Assembly: GCA_963692865.2 (NCBI GenBank)
Contig: OY843592.1
Coordinates: 1,408,001 to 1,472,000, forward strand
Direction: 5' to 3'
From: a bacterium
GTDB taxonomy: Bacteria > UBA8248
DNA: 64,000 nucleotides
Position 1 is the first letter of the stretch, and each line of letters starts with the position of its first letter. The translations under genes and the position numbers were made by a program. This document shows, piece by piece, positions 1-13,673 of the stretch. Below the pieces are notes generated by a model. The model saw only the letters and a list, made by a program, of their open reading frames with translations. It did no database searches and had not been told where the DNA came from.

Positions 1-2071
<2,071 letters not shown>

Positions 2072-2248
2072 TTTTGCCTTTCTCATCCGCACCCCGCCAC
2101 GGAGGCCGGACGCGTTCGGGATTCCGCGTTGACGGCCCGCCCGTGCGCGGCTAGATTGAGTGGCTCAGGCGCACCGCCCGGGGGACTCCCGAGGGGTGGT
2201 GGATTCGGACGTGGTTTTCGAGTATAAGCCTTTGCTCGCCAAGGGAAT

Positions 2249-2333
2249 GCGAGGGTGGCGGAACTGGTAGACGCGCTGGATTTAGGATCCAGTGCCTTCG
2301 GGCGTGGGGGTTCGAGTCCCCCCCTTCGCACCA
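2249..2333 (+). tRNA. tRNA-Leu(TAG)
   Basis: Acceptor GCGAGGG/CCTTCGC; anticodon arm CTGGA-TTTAGGA-TCCAG; long variable arm; TTCGAGT T-loop; encoded CCA. Confidence 0.97.
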
Positions 2334-2383
2334 ATGGCCGTGATTTTTCATATTCTTGGGTTTGTGGTTCTGGAGAGTCAGGC

Positions 2384-3760
2384 ATGACCGGCACAGTGAG
2401 CGACATCGACGCCTGCACGAAGCGTCTCGAAGTCGCCGTCCCGCGCGCGGAGGTCGCCGACGAGATGGATCGCGCCTACAGGCGGCTATCGGGGCGCGTG
2501 AAGATGAAGGGCTTCCGGAAGGGGAAAATCCCCCGCCGCGTGCTCGAGCGCTACTACGGCGAGGAGGTGCAGGCCGAGGTTCTGAACCACGTGATATCGA
2601 CTTCCTACCGCAGCCTGCTGGAGGACAGGGGCATGCGCCCGGTGGGCGAGCCGAACGTGACCGACATCAATATGGACGACGACGCGCCCGAGTTGACGTA
2701 CAAGGCGACGGTGGAGGTGATCCCCCCCTTCGAACTCGGCGAGTACGAGGGGCTTAAACTCAAGGTCCAGCGCCGCGCGGTGACGGACGAGATGGTCGAC
2801 AAGCAGATCGAGGCGCTCCGGCAGCGCGCCGCCACGTTCGAGGACGTGGACAGGGAGGCCCGGGCGGGGGACTACGTTCTCTTCGACATCGAGGGCTTCG
2901 AGGATGAGGAGGCCGTGCCCGGCACCCGGGGGGAGAACCAGGCCCTCATGATCGGGGGCGATGAGAGCGAAAAGGAATTGAGCGACGCCCTCACAGGCAT
3001 GAGGACGGGCGAGGAGGCGGACGTCGATATCGACGTTCCAGAAGGCGCCTCGCCCAACATCGCGGGCAAGAGCCTCCGGTTCCACCTGCAGTTGAAGGAA
3101 GTGAAAGAAGCGCATCCGCCCGAACTGGACGAGGAGTTCGTCAAGTCCCTGGGCCGCGGCTACGCGAGCACGGAGGATTTGCGGGCGGACGTAGTCAAAG
3201 AGATGGAATCCATGGAGGATGCGAACGCGCGCGGCCAGGGGATATCCGAGCTCCTGAAATCGTTGCTGGAGGCGCATCCCTTCGAAGTCCCCCCCACGCT
3301 GGTCAAGGGGGAGGCGGATGAGCAGATTCGCGAGTACGAGCGCAGGCTGCGCCAGGAAAACCCCGACGCTCAGCTTTCGGCAGCCAGGATCGAGGAGTTG
3401 CATGAGGAGGTGACGCCCCAGGCGGAGGAGCAGGTGCGCAGGCTCATCCTCGTGGAGCGCATCCGCGAGGCCGAGGAAATCGAGGCGAGCGCCGAGGAGG
3501 TCGAGGCGCAGATCAGGCTCTCGGCCGCGCGCTACGGCATGACGCCCGAGAAGCTTCGCGAGCGGATGATGACGACCGGGGCGATGGCCTCGCTCGTCTC
3601 GAACATCAACTACAACAAGACGGTGAGTTGGCTGTATGATCAGGCCGACGTGGAATTCGACGTTCACGATGCCGCCGAGCACGAGGCGCATTCCCCCGGC
3701 TCCGAAGAGGACTTGGGCGAGGAGCGCTCGGCAGACGGCGATTCGAAAGAGGATGGATGA
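2384..3760 (+). CDS. tig: Trigger factor
   Basis: KGFRKGKIP ribosome-binding signature; precedes clpP-clpX; ATG 2384 after GGAGAG (the ORF-track start lies inside the tRNA). Confidence 0.95.
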   Translation: MTGTVSDIDACTKRLEVAVPRAEVADEMDRAYRRLSGRVKMKGFRKGKIPRRVLERYYGEEVQAEVLNHVISTSYRSLLEDRGMRPVGEPNVTDINMDDDAPELTYKATVEVIPPFELGEYEGLKLKVQRRAVTDEMVDKQIEALRQRAATFEDVDREARAGDYVLFDIEGFEDEEAVPGTRGENQALMIGGDESEKELSDALTGMRTGEEADVDIDVPEGASPNIAGKSLRFHLQLKEVKEAHPPELDEEFVKSLGRGYASTEDLRADVVKEMESMEDANARGQGISELLKSLLEAHPFEVPPTLVKGEADEQIREYERRLRQENPDAQLSAARIEELHEEVTPQAEEQVRRLILVERIREAEEIEASAEEVEAQIRLSAARYGMTPEKLRERMMTTGAMASLVSNINYNKTVSWLYDQADVEFDVHDAAEHEAHSPGSEEDLGEERSADGDSKEDG

Positions 3761-3763
3761 ACA

Positions 3764-4414
3764 GTGGCTCTCGTACCCATGGTGGTGGAACAGACGAACA
3801 GAGGCGAGCGGGCGTATGACATCTACAGCCGCCTGCTCAAGGAGAGGATCATCTTTCTGGGCACGGCGATAGACGACACCATCGCGAACCTCGTGACGGC
3901 CCAGCTTCTTTTCCTGGAGGCGGAGGAGCCCGATAGGGACATCGCCATGTACGTGAACAGCCCGGGCGGGGCCGTCACGGCGGGTCTCGCCATTTACGAC
4001 ACGATGCAGTACATCAAGCCCGACGTGTCGACCATCTGCATCGGCCAGGCGGCGAGCATGGGCGCGCTCCTGCTGACGGCGGGCGCGAAGGGCAAGCGCT
4101 ACGCCCTGCCCAACTCGCGCATCCTGATCCACCAGCCCCTGGGCGGCGTGCAGGGTCAGGCGAGCGACATCGACATCCAGGCGCGCGAGATTCTCCGCAT
4201 GCGCGAGGAACTCAACGAGATTCTCGCGAGGCACACCGGCCAGTCGATCAAGCGGATTGAAAAGGACACCGATCGGGACAATTTCATGACGGCCGAGCAG
4301 GCGAAGGACTACGGCCTGCTCGACGACGTGATCGTCGCGCGCACGGACGCGTCGAATCTCATTTCGGGCGACGGCATGGATGACGGCCAGAATCAGGAGA
4401 ACAACGGCTCCTGA
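3764..4414 (+). CDS. clpP: ATP-dependent Clp protease proteolytic subunit
   Basis: [16 protein letters not shown]; GQAASMG catalytic Ser; IHQPLGG; DRDNFM. Confidence 0.98.
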   Translation: MALVPMVVEQTNRGERAYDIYSRLLKERIIFLGTAIDDTIANLVTAQLLFLEAEEPDRDIAMYVNSPGGAVTAGLAIYDTMQYIKPDVSTICIGQAASMGALLLTAGAKGKRYALPNSRILIHQPLGGVQGQASDIDIQAREILRMREELNEILARHTGQSIKRIEKDTDRDNFMTAEQAKDYGLLDDVIVARTDASNLISGDGMDDGQNQENNGS

Positions 4415-4466
4415 CCGGGGCCGGGTTTCGTTTCAAGAAGCGTTCTTCACCGAGGGGGAATGATCG

Positions 4467-5708
<1,242 letters not shown>

Positions 5709-5792
5709 GCCGGCTCCCGCATCGTTTCTCCGTCAGTCGAGCGTTTCGTGAGTCTTTAGCCGCTTGGTCCGCTTCGCGCGGCATCCGGGGAG

Positions 5793-5826
5793 TCTGCCCC
5801 AAGGAGGGGGCGGGTTGGTTTTTTTC
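5793..5826 (+). terminator. Probable intrinsic terminator after clpX
   Basis: CTGCCCC/GGGGCGG stem followed shortly by a T-run. Confidence 0.5.
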
Positions 5827-5867
5827 GTAAGGGGCGTTATTTTTCATTCGGGTGGGGAAGGCGCGCG

Positions 5868-5897
5868 TTGACAATGCGCGGGCCGCTTCCCTATCAT
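5868..5897 (+). promoter_or_regulatory. Sigma70-type promoter for tRNA-Val/thrS
   Basis: TTGACA-N18-TATCAT upstream of the tRNA. Confidence 0.6.
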
Positions 5898-5923
5898 TTC
5901 GCTATGCCGGATATACCGGACGA

Positions 5924-5998
5924 AGGCGCGTAGCTCAGGGGGAGAGCGCTTGCTTGACACGCAAGAGGTCGGCGGTTCAAAACCGCCCGCGCCTACCA
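5924..5998 (+). tRNA. tRNA-Val(GAC)
   Basis: Acceptor AGGCGCG/CGCGCCT; anticodon arm CTTGC-TTGACAC-GCAAG; GGCGG-TTCAAAA-CCGCC T-arm; CCA. Confidence 0.97.
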
Positions 5999-6092
5999 TC
6001 ATGGAATTGACGATGAGGCGAATCGCCGCCGCATCGTGGAGATAATTCAAGGAACTCGAAGAGGAGGTTGCGGCGCCAGCCAACGCCCGTTT

Positions 6093-7970
6093 ATGTCCCA
6101 GCAAACCCAGCAAAAAGACTTTCCCAAAGACGCCATCGCGATCAAGATTGGCGGCGCGACCGTTGATTTGAACCGCGGCCTTCCCGACGCCGCCGAACCG
6201 GAGTTCATCCTCCTCGATTCCGAGGAGGGACTGGAGATTCTGCGCCACAGCACGGCGCACCTCATGGCCCAGGCCGTGCAGGAGCTCTTCCCGGGCGCGC
6301 AGCTCACCATCGGCCCTCCCATCGAAAACGGGTTTTATTACGACATCGACGTCGATGCCGCCTTCACGCCCGAGGATTTGAAGACGATAGAGGCGAGAAT
6401 GAAAAAACTCGCCAAGAAGAAATACGCCATCGAGCGCGAGGACATCTCCCGCGCCGACGCGCTTGCCCTTTTCGAGGAAAGGGGCGAGAGCTACAAGATA
6501 GAGATGATCCACGATTTGCCCGAGGACGAGGCGCTTTCGGTCTACCGCCAGGGCGACTTCGTGGACCTGTGCCGTGGGCCGCACGTTCCCGGCACGGGCT
6601 GGCTGCGCAACTTCAAGCTCCTGAGCGTGGCGGGCGCATACTGGCGAGGCGACGAGAAGAACAAGATGCTCCAGCGCATCTACGGCACCGCCTTCGCGAC
6701 GAAAGAAGACCTGGCCGACCATCTGCAGAAACTCGAAGACGCGAGAAAGAGAGACCACCGCGTCATCGGCAAGCAACTCGGCATTTTCCTGGTCGATGAG
6801 GACGCGGGCGGCGGCCTCATCTACTGGCAGCCCCGGGGCGCGACCGTCAAGAAGGTGATCGAGCGCTTCTGGGAGGATGAGCACGTCAAGCGCGGCTACC
6901 AGCTCGTCTCCATCCCCCACATCACGCGCGACGTGCTCTTCAAGACCTCCGGCCATTATGATTTCTACCGGGAAAACATGTACGTCCTGAACATCGACGA
7001 GGATGAATACGTCCTGAAGCCCATGAACTGCCCGGGCCACATCCTCATCTACCAGCAGAAGATACACAGTTACCGCGATCTGCCCTACCGGCTGGCGGAA
7101 TTGGGCACGGTCTACCGCTACGAGCGCAGCGGCGCGCTGCACGGCATGCTCCGGGTGCGTGGCTTCACCCAGGACGACGCGCACATCTTCTGCACGCCGG
7201 AGCAGGCCGAAGACGAAGTGCTGGGCGTCATCGATCTGGCCCACTTCATGCTCAGGACGTTCGGCTACGAGGATTTCGAGACCGAGCTCTCGGTGCACGA
7301 TTCTTCTGATTTCAGCAAGTACGCCGGCGTGCTCGAGGACTGGGAGGCGGCGGAGGAGGCGCTCACCCGCGCACTCGAAAAACGCGGTATCTCCTATAAG
7401 CGCATCGAGGGCGAGGCGGCGTTCTACGGGCCGAAAATCGACATCAAGATGCGCGACGCCCTGGGCCGGGGCTGGCAGGGGCCGACCATCCAGTTCGACT
7501 TCAACCTGCCAAAGCGCTTCGATCTGAACTTCGTCGGCGCGGACGGCGCGCGACACAAGGTCATCATGATCCACAGAACCGTCATGGGTTCGATGGAGCG
7601 CTTCGTGGGCGGGCTGATAGAGCACTACGCGGGCGCGTTCCCGGCGTGGCTCGCGCCCGAGCAGGCGCGGGTCATGACGATCACCGACGATCACATCCCC
7701 TACGGCCGCGAGGTGGAGGGCAGGCTGCTCGCCGCGGGCTTCCGCGCGGAGGGGGATTTCCGAAACGAGAAGATTGGGTATAAAATAAGGGAAGCCCAGC
7801 GAGACAAGATACCGTACATGCTCATCCTCGGCGCGCGCGAGGCGGAAACGGGAGAAGTTTCCCTGAGGCTTCGCGAGCAAGGAGACGTGGGATCCATTTC
7901 ATTGGAGGAACTTATGCAGAGAATGCGAAGCGACATTGAAACGAAATCACTCACCGCGGGAGCGGTCTGA
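6093..7970 (+). CDS. thrS: Threonine--tRNA ligase
   Basis: LRHSTAH; DLCRGPH editing motif; KPMNCPGH; FYGPKID; start uncertain (6036 or 6093). Confidence 0.97.
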   Translation: MSQQTQQKDFPKDAIAIKIGGATVDLNRGLPDAAEPEFILLDSEEGLEILRHSTAHLMAQAVQELFPGAQLTIGPPIENGFYYDIDVDAAFTPEDLKTIEARMKKLAKKKYAIEREDISRADALALFEERGESYKIEMIHDLPEDEALSVYRQGDFVDLCRGPHVPGTGWLRNFKLLSVAGAYWRGDEKNKMLQRIYGTAFATKEDLADHLQKLEDARKRDHRVIGKQLGIFLVDEDAGGGLIYWQPRGATVKKVIERFWEDEHVKRGYQLVSIPHITRDVLFKTSGHYDFYRENMYVLNIDEDEYVLKPMNCPGHILIYQQKIHSYRDLPYRLAELGTVYRYERSGALHGMLRVRGFTQDDAHIFCTPEQAEDEVLGVIDLAHFMLRTFGYEDFETELSVHDSSDFSKYAGVLEDWEAAEEALTRALEKRGISYKRIEGEAAFYGPKIDIKMRDALGRGWQGPTIQFDFNLPKRFDLNFVGADGARHKVIMIHRTVMGSMERFVGGLIEHYAGAFPAWLAPEQARVMTITDDHIPYGREVEGRLLAAGFRAEGDFRNEKIGYKIREAQRDKIPYMLILGAREAETGEVSLRLREQGDVGSISLEELMQRMRSDIETKSLTAGAV

Positions 7971-7971
7971 T

Positions 7972-8703
7972 ATGGCGTCGCGCTTCAGAGGGCGGGACAT
8001 CCACCCGACGGCCACGGGCCCGAGAGCCAACCGCGACATCCGCGTTCCCATGGTGCGCGTCATCGACGAGGACGGCCAGCAGCTCGGCGTTCTCCCCGTG
8101 GAGGAGGCGGTGGAGGCCGCGGAAGACCGGGACTTGGACCTCGTCGAGGTGTCCCCCAACGCGGACCCGCCCGTGTGCAAGATCATGGACCTGGGCCGCT
8201 ACAAGTACACGCAGCAGAAAAAGGCGCAGGAAGCCAAGAAGAAACAGCGCGTGGTGGAGGTGAAGGAAGTCAAGCTTCGCATCAAGATTGAAGAGCACGA
8301 CTACGCGATCAAGCGAAGGCACGCGGAGCGGTTCCTGAACGACGGCAACAAGGCGAAGGTCACCATCATGTTCCGCGGACGCGAGGTGACGCACCCCGAC
8401 CTCGGACGAAAACTGCTGGAAAGAATGGCGAACGAACTCATCGAGATCGGCACGGTGGAGCAGTTCCCCAACCTCGAAGGCCGCAACATGACGATGGTGC
8501 TCGCGCCGAAATCGACAAAACCGCCCAAAAAGGATACAACGCCGCGCAAGAAATCGGGCAGGAAAGCAGAAGACGTCTCGGTGGACGACGGGAAACTGAC
8601 GGCTCCTCTGGCCGATGCGCTTAAGGAAGCACAGATTGAACTCGGCCCGGACGGCGGGGCGGAGGACGAGAAACCCGAGGGAGAAGCGAAAGAAGATGCC
8701 TAA
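7972..8703 (+). CDS. infC: Translation initiation factor IF-3 with a charged C-terminal extension
   Basis: [18 protein letters not shown]; KEVKLR; FRGRE; thrS-infC-rpmI order. Confidence 0.96.
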   Translation: MASRFRGRDIHPTATGPRANRDIRVPMVRVIDEDGQQLGVLPVEEAVEAAEDRDLDLVEVSPNADPPVCKIMDLGRYKYTQQKKAQEAKKKQRVVEVKEVKLRIKIEEHDYAIKRRHAERFLNDGNKAKVTIMFRGREVTHPDLGRKLLERMANELIEIGTVEQFPNLEGRNMTMVLAPKSTKPPKKDTTPRKKSGRKAEDVSVDDGKLTAPLADALKEAQIELGPDGGAEDEKPEGEAKEDA

Positions 8704-8893
8704 GATGAAGACGAACCGCGGAGCGGCCAAGCGTTTCAAGATAACGGCAACGGGCAAGGTGAAGCGGAACCGCTCCCATCACCGTCATATCCTGACGAAG
8801 AAGACGACGAAAAGAAAGAGGGAACTGCGCCACAGCATCATCGCGAACCCCACGGACGCGAAGATGATCAAGCGGCTGATACCTTATATGTAG
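8696..8893 (+). CDS. rpmI: 50S ribosomal protein L35
   Basis: [21 protein letters not shown]; HILTKK. Confidence 0.97.
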   Translation: MPKMKTNRGAAKRFKITATGKVKRNRSHHRHILTKKTTKRKRELRHSIIANPTDAKMIKRLIPYM

Positions 8894-8972
8894 CCTTTTC
8901 GCAGGCGCGGTCATGGTTTCGCCCCGGGCGCGCGATGAACCCGCGCCGTCATTTCGCCGGAGCTGAGAAAAC

Positions 8973-9122
8973 ATGAGCAATCCGGTGGGCAATCTGAATG
9001 ACTTTATCAAGTCGATCTTGGGCGGGGTCGGATCATTCGTAGTGGAATATCCCTACGCTGCAGGGGCGGTCCTCTTTTTGGCCATCATTCTCAGGCGCAC
9101 CATCAAGCGCGCCAGAAGGTAA
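8973..9122 (+). CDS. Unannotated 49-aa putative single-pass membrane microprotein
   Basis: MSNPVGNLNDFIKSILGGVGSFVVEYPYAAGAVLFLAIILRRTIKRARR; hydrophobic stretch plus basic tail; GGAG/GAG upstream. Confidence 0.6.
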   Translation: MSNPVGNLNDFIKSILGGVGSFVVEYPYAAGAVLFLAIILRRTIKRARR

Positions 9123-9272
9123 CGCGCCCCTTTTCCGCTTTTGTCATTTCGGGCTTGCGGTCATCCGGTTGTGCGGGTATATTCCCCCGGTCGGTCGCCG
9201 GAATTGCTTGATAATTCGCGGCGGCCTCCCGGGGAACGGAAGAAAATCATCGATTGAGGGAGTAACCGAATC

Positions 9273-9629
9273 ATGCCGCGTTCGACAGGAAAACCGGCTG
9301 CCAGAGAACGGCATCGCAGGCTTCTCAAGGAAGCGAAGGGCTATCGCGGCGCGCGCTCGAAGCGGTTCCGCTCCGCGAGGGAGTCCGTGCATCGCGCCCG
9401 CGCCTACGCCTATCGCGACCGCCGGGTGCGCAAGCGCGAGTTCAGGCGTCTTTGGAACGTTCGCATCAATGCGGCGGCCAGGCTGCACGGCCTCAATTAC
9501 AGCCGCTTCATCTGGGGGCTGGGCCAGGCGGGCGTGGAGGTCAACCGCAAGATTCTGGCCGAAATGGCGATTGCCGACCCCCAGGCTTTCGGCAAACTCG
9601 TGGAAATCGCCAAGGCGCAAGCCGCCTAG
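9273..9629 (+). CDS. rplT: 50S ribosomal protein L20
   Basis: AKGYRGARS; YAYRDRR; [12 protein letters not shown]; NRKILAEMA. Confidence 0.97.
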   Translation: MPRSTGKPAARERHRRLLKEAKGYRGARSKRFRSARESVHRARAYAYRDRRVRKREFRRLWNVRINAAARLHGLNYSRFIWGLGQAGVEVNRKILAEMAIADPQAFGKLVEIAKAQAA

Positions 9630-9652
9630 AGCCGGGCGAGAAAAGATGCTTC

Positions 9653-9683
9653 AGGCTCCACCCTGCCGGGTGGGGCCTTTTTT
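9653..9683 (+). terminator. Intrinsic terminator after rplT
   Basis: AGGCTCCACCC-TGCC-GGGTGGGGCCT followed by TTTTT. Confidence 0.75.
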
Positions 9684-9719
9684 ATGCGGCCCCGAAATGA
9701 AGGGGATTGAGGAACGAGC

Positions 9720-10832
9720 ATGAGCGAAGATCGGCTTGTCGACATTATCCGTGAAGCCTCAGGCGCGTTGTCGGGCGCCTGGGCGGCGCGCGACTTGGGC
9801 GCGGCCGAGGGAGTGCGCATCCGCTATCTGGGCCGCAAGGGCGGTGAACTCAACGAGGTGATGCGGGGTCTCAAGGATTTATCCGCGGAGGAAAAGCGCA
9901 TCGTCGGGCCGCTTGCCAACTCCGTTCGCGCCTATATCGAGGCGAGCGTCTCGGCCATCAAGGAAAGCGACAGGGACAAGATAATCGAAGCGCACCGCGC
10001 CCTCGGTGAGAGCCTGAGAGGCAGGGAAGAGAACGGCGCGTTGGGCGAGATGATCGAGCAACGAGCGAGCGAGATTCTGGGCGCCGCCGACGTCGCCGCC
10101 GAATCGCGCTCGCGGCTCGACCTCACGATTCCAGGGCGCGCGCCGCTCATCGGCCACGAGCATCCACTCGTCCAGACGATGGAGGATTTGATCGAGGTGC
10201 TCACGCGTCTGGGCTATTCCGTGGCGGAAGGCCCCGAGGCGGAACTCGACTATTACAACTTCGAGGCTCTGAACATTCCCAAGGATCACCCCGCGCGAGA
10301 CATGCAGGACACGTTTTATCTGGCCGGCGACGCCCTTTTGCGCACGCACACCTCGCCCGTGCAGATCCGGGTGATGGAGAGCCGGCCGCCGCCCGTAAAG
10401 GTCATCGCGCCGGGCAAGGTCTTCCGCTGTGACGCCGACGTGACGCATTCGCCCATGTTCCATCAGATAGAGGGTCTCTACGTGGACGAGGGCGTTACGT
10501 TCGCCGACCTCAAGGGGACGCTCGAGGCCTTCGTGCGCGAAATCTTCGGGCCGGAGTACCGCGTGCGGTTGAGGCCCAGCTTCTTCCCGTTCACGGAGCC
10601 GAGCGTCGAGGTGGATATCGCCAGCGATCATGTGGCGGGCGGGGAATGGATGGAGGTACTCGGCGCGGGCATGGTGGACCCGGCGGTCTTCGAGGCGGTG
10701 GGGTACGACCCCGAGCGGTGGACCGGATTCGCCTGGGGTCTTGGAGTGGAGCGCATCACCATGCTGCGCTACGGCATCAGCGACATCCGACTTTTCTTTG
10801 AAAACGATTTGAGAATGCTGCGGCAATTCTGA
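9720..10832 (+). CDS. pheS: Phenylalanine--tRNA ligase alpha subunit
   Basis: HPARDMQDTFY; LRTHTSPVQ; FPFTEPS; FAWGLGVER. Confidence 0.97.
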   Translation: MSEDRLVDIIREASGALSGAWAARDLGAAEGVRIRYLGRKGGELNEVMRGLKDLSAEEKRIVGPLANSVRAYIEASVSAIKESDRDKIIEAHRALGESLRGREENGALGEMIEQRASEILGAADVAAESRSRLDLTIPGRAPLIGHEHPLVQTMEDLIEVLTRLGYSVAEGPEAELDYYNFEALNIPKDHPARDMQDTFYLAGDALLRTHTSPVQIRVMESRPPPVKVIAPGKVFRCDADVTHSPMFHQIEGLYVDEGVTFADLKGTLEAFVREIFGPEYRVRLRPSFFPFTEPSVEVDIASDHVAGGEWMEVLGAGMVDPAVFEAVGYDPERWTGFAWGLGVERITMLRYGISDIRLFFENDLRMLRQF

Positions 10833-10865
10833 TTTTCAGGATTGAACGCTCGATGAGGAACCCCG

Positions 10866-13280
10866 ATGCGGATTAGCCTGGAATGGCTCGCCGATTTCAC
10901 CGACCTGGATATGGAAGACCCCGAGTTGCCGGAACGTCTGGCGAACGGCCTGCTGCTCGCGGGTCTGGAGGTCGAGGCGCTCGAACGGCCCGAAGCGTCG
11001 TTCGAGGGGCTCGTGGTGGCCGAAGTCTTGTCGGTGGATTCCCACCCCAACGCGGACAGGTTGAAAGTCTGCCGCGTGGCCGACGGCGCGGGGGAGCGCT
11101 CCGTGGTGTGCGGCGCGCCCAACGTCGCGGCGGGCAGGCGCGTCGTGCTGGCGACGCCCGGGGTGCGGATGCCGGGCGGGATGAAGGTCGAGGTCGCGCG
11201 GATTCGCGGCGAGCAGAGCGAGGGGATGCTCTGCTCGGAGCGCGAACTCGGTCTGGGTACGGACCATAGCGGCATCATGGTGCTCGGCGAGAATCAGGAG
11301 ATCGGCGCGGACGCGGCGGAGCTTCTGGGGCTCAACGACGTGATTTTCGACATCTCGATCACGCCGAACCGGGCGGATTGCCTCTCCGTCCTGGGCGTGG
11401 CGCGCGAGGCGGCGGCCCTTCTGGGAACCTCGCTCGAGGCGCCCGGGATTTCAGTCGAAGAGGATGAGAACGCCTCCGCCGCTTCGGTATGCGCGGTGGA
11501 GATATGGGACCCGGACAAATGCCCGCGCTACGCCGCCCGCATCATCCAGGGGGTGGAGATCGGCCCATCGCCCGGATGGATGGCGCGGCGCTTGAGAGCA
11601 GCGGGAATGCGGCCGATCAACAACGTGGTCGACGTGACGAACTACGTGATGCTCTCGCTCGGCCAGCCGCTCCATGCGTTCGACCTGCACCGCCTCGCCG
11701 AGCAGAAAATCATCGTGAGAAGGTGGGCGGAGAGCGACGGCCCCTTCACCACGCTCGACGGCCAGAAGCGCGAGATGGACGATGAGGACCTCATGATTTG
11801 CGACGGGGAGAAACCCGTCGCCATCGGCGGCGTGATGGGGGGGCTGTACTCCGAGGTGAGCGGCGATACCCGCGACATCCTGTTGGAAAGCGCTTATTTC
11901 ACGCCCCAGACCATCCGGCGCACCCGCAGGCGTCTGGGCATGTCCACGGAAGCGTCGTATCGCTTCGAGCGCGGGGTGGACCCCTCCGGCACGGTGCGCG
12001 CGGCGGATTTGGCCGCTGAACTCATCCGCCGGACGGCGGGCGGCGCCGTCGCCCGGGGGGTGGTGGATGCGCATCCCGCGCCCGTCGCGCCCAGGCAGGT
12101 GCCGATTCGGGTGGCGCGCGCGTCGAGTCTGCTCGGCATATCCCTGGACGCCCCCCGGGTGAGGGAGAGCCTCGAATCCCTGGGGTTGCCCGTGAGCGAA
12201 AAAGAAGACGGCGTTTTCAGCGTCGAGGTCCCCACCTTCCGGCCCGACATCGAACGCGAGATCGACCTTATCGAGGAGGTGGGCAGAAGGGTGGGTTACG
12301 AGAACATTCCCGCCACCCTGCCGGCTTCGGGAAGCCCCGCCGCAAGGCCGGCGCGCACCCGCTCTTTGGAGCTTCAGGCGCGCCGGATCATGGTGGCAGG
12401 CGGGTTCAGCGAGGCTATCAACTACAGCTTCGTCAGCAGGGAGGCTCTTGAGCGGATGGGGTGGCGCGATGAGCAAATGGTGGCGCTGCGCAATCCCCTG
12501 AGCGGCGAAATGGACGTGCTCAGAACCACGCTGCTCGCCGGTTTGCTGGCGAACGTGGCGCACAACCTGAGCAGGGGAGTGGGCGGGATACGCCTGTTCG
12601 AATTGGGGCGCTCGTTTCATCCCGTCGAAGAAGAAGCCTTGCCGGATCAGGTGCTGCGCATGGCCGGCGTCGTCGTCGGTGAAGCGGCGTCTCAAGACGG
12701 CGTGTCGCTTCCGGAGGCTTTGTCCGACCTGAAAGGGGTGATCGAGCGCTTCCTGGAATCCCTGGGACTGGAAAACCTCCTGTTCGAACCTGTCGACGCC
12801 GCTCCGGGTTGGGAGCCGTCGGCGGTTTCGGGTATTCTCGCCGGCGGCGCGGCGGTCGGCCACGTCGGTTTGGTTTCGCGTGAGGTGTTGGGCGGCTGGG
12901 ACATCGAGGCGGGCGTGACCGCTTTCGAGCTGAGCCTCGCCGTTTTGGCCGAAATCGACCCCGCCCCCCGCCGCCTGACGCCTCTGCCGAGGTATCCGGC
13001 TTCGCTGCGCGACTTGGCGGTGGTGGTGGATGCCGCGCGGACGAATGGGGAAATTGAGGAGATCATCCATCGAGCGGGTGGAGACTGGCTCGAATCGGTG
13101 GATTTGTTCGACGTCTATCAGGATGCCGCCTTGAAGGCATCGGGCGAGAAGAGCCTGGCGTATTCGCTGGTGTTCCGACACCCGGAGGCGACGCTCACCG
13201 ACGCGCAGGTCGGCGAGGCGTTCGAGGCGATTGTGGAGGTCTTGGGCGCGCGTCTGGGCGCGCGTCTTCGCTCGTGGTGA
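10866..13280 (+). CDS. pheT: Phenylalanine--tRNA ligase beta subunit
   Basis: HPNADRL; CGAPN; TPNRADCLS; RFERGVD; follows pheS. Confidence 0.97.
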   Translation: MRISLEWLADFTDLDMEDPELPERLANGLLLAGLEVEALERPEASFEGLVVAEVLSVDSHPNADRLKVCRVADGAGERSVVCGAPNVAAGRRVVLATPGVRMPGGMKVEVARIRGEQSEGMLCSERELGLGTDHSGIMVLGENQEIGADAAELLGLNDVIFDISITPNRADCLSVLGVAREAAALLGTSLEAPGISVEEDENASAASVCAVEIWDPDKCPRYAARIIQGVEIGPSPGWMARRLRAAGMRPINNVVDVTNYVMLSLGQPLHAFDLHRLAEQKIIVRRWAESDGPFTTLDGQKREMDDEDLMICDGEKPVAIGGVMGGLYSEVSGDTRDILLESAYFTPQTIRRTRRRLGMSTEASYRFERGVDPSGTVRAADLAAELIRRTAGGAVARGVVDAHPAPVAPRQVPIRVARASSLLGISLDAPRVRESLESLGLPVSEKEDGVFSVEVPTFRPDIEREIDLIEEVGRRVGYENIPATLPASGSPAARPARTRSLELQARRIMVAGGFSEAINYSFVSREALERMGWRDEQMVALRNPLSGEMDVLRTTLLAGLLANVAHNLSRGVGGIRLFELGRSFHPVEEEALPDQVLRMAGVVVGEAASQDGVSLPEALSDLKGVIERFLESLGLENLLFEPVDAAPGWEPSAVSGILAGGAAVGHVGLVSREVLGGWDIEAGVTAFELSLAVLAEIDPAPRRLTPLPRYPASLRDLAVVVDAARTNGEIEEIIHRAGGDWLESVDLFDVYQDAALKASGEKSLAYSLVFRHPEATLTDAQVGEAFEAIVEVLGARLGARLRSW

Positions 13281-13285
13281 TTTCC

Positions 13286-13314
13286 TTGACACCGCTTTTT
13301 TCCGAACCTAGAAT
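13286..13314 (+). promoter_or_regulatory. Sigma70-type promoter for zapB-zapA
   Basis: TTGACA-N17-TAGAAT. Confidence 0.7.
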
Positions 13315-13374
13315 TATTTCAATGCGTTGCCGAAATTCGTTTTCTTTTGTTACGCCCGTGGAAAGAGTGTCCGA

Positions 13375-13629
13375 ATGGTCATCGAAAAATTAAACGCACT
13401 CGAAACCGCGCTCTCGAACCTTTTGGAAGAACGCAACGCCCTCAGGCGCTCCCGGGCGGAACTGGAGTCGCAAATCGAGAGGCTGAAGGAAGAAGCCCGC
13501 GCCGATTCCGAGTCCGTCCGCGTCCAGGCCGATGAGTTGGCGAAGTGCCAGGCGGAGAACGCGCGGCTTCAAAAAGAACAGGTCGAGATTCGAGAGCGCG
13601 TGGAGAAGATTCTGACGCACATCGAATAG
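13375..13629 (+). CDS. ZapB-like coiled-coil cell division protein
   Basis: All-helical heptad protein ending IRERVEKIL, between pheT and zapA. Confidence 0.7.
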   Translation: MVIEKLNALETALSNLLEERNALRRSRAELESQIERLKEEARADSESVRVQADELAKCQAENARLQKEQVEIRERVEKILTHIE

Positions 13630-13673
13630 TTCGCCGCAGGAAAATGCAGGATGACGGCATAAGGAGACAACTT

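Noticed and set aside
2255-2383. N-terminal extension of trigger factor
   Set aside because: It is the translation of the tRNA-Leu gene; the real start is ATG 2384.
9630-9719. PheM-like attenuator before pheS
   Set aside because: A terminator is present but there is no Phe-rich leader peptide.
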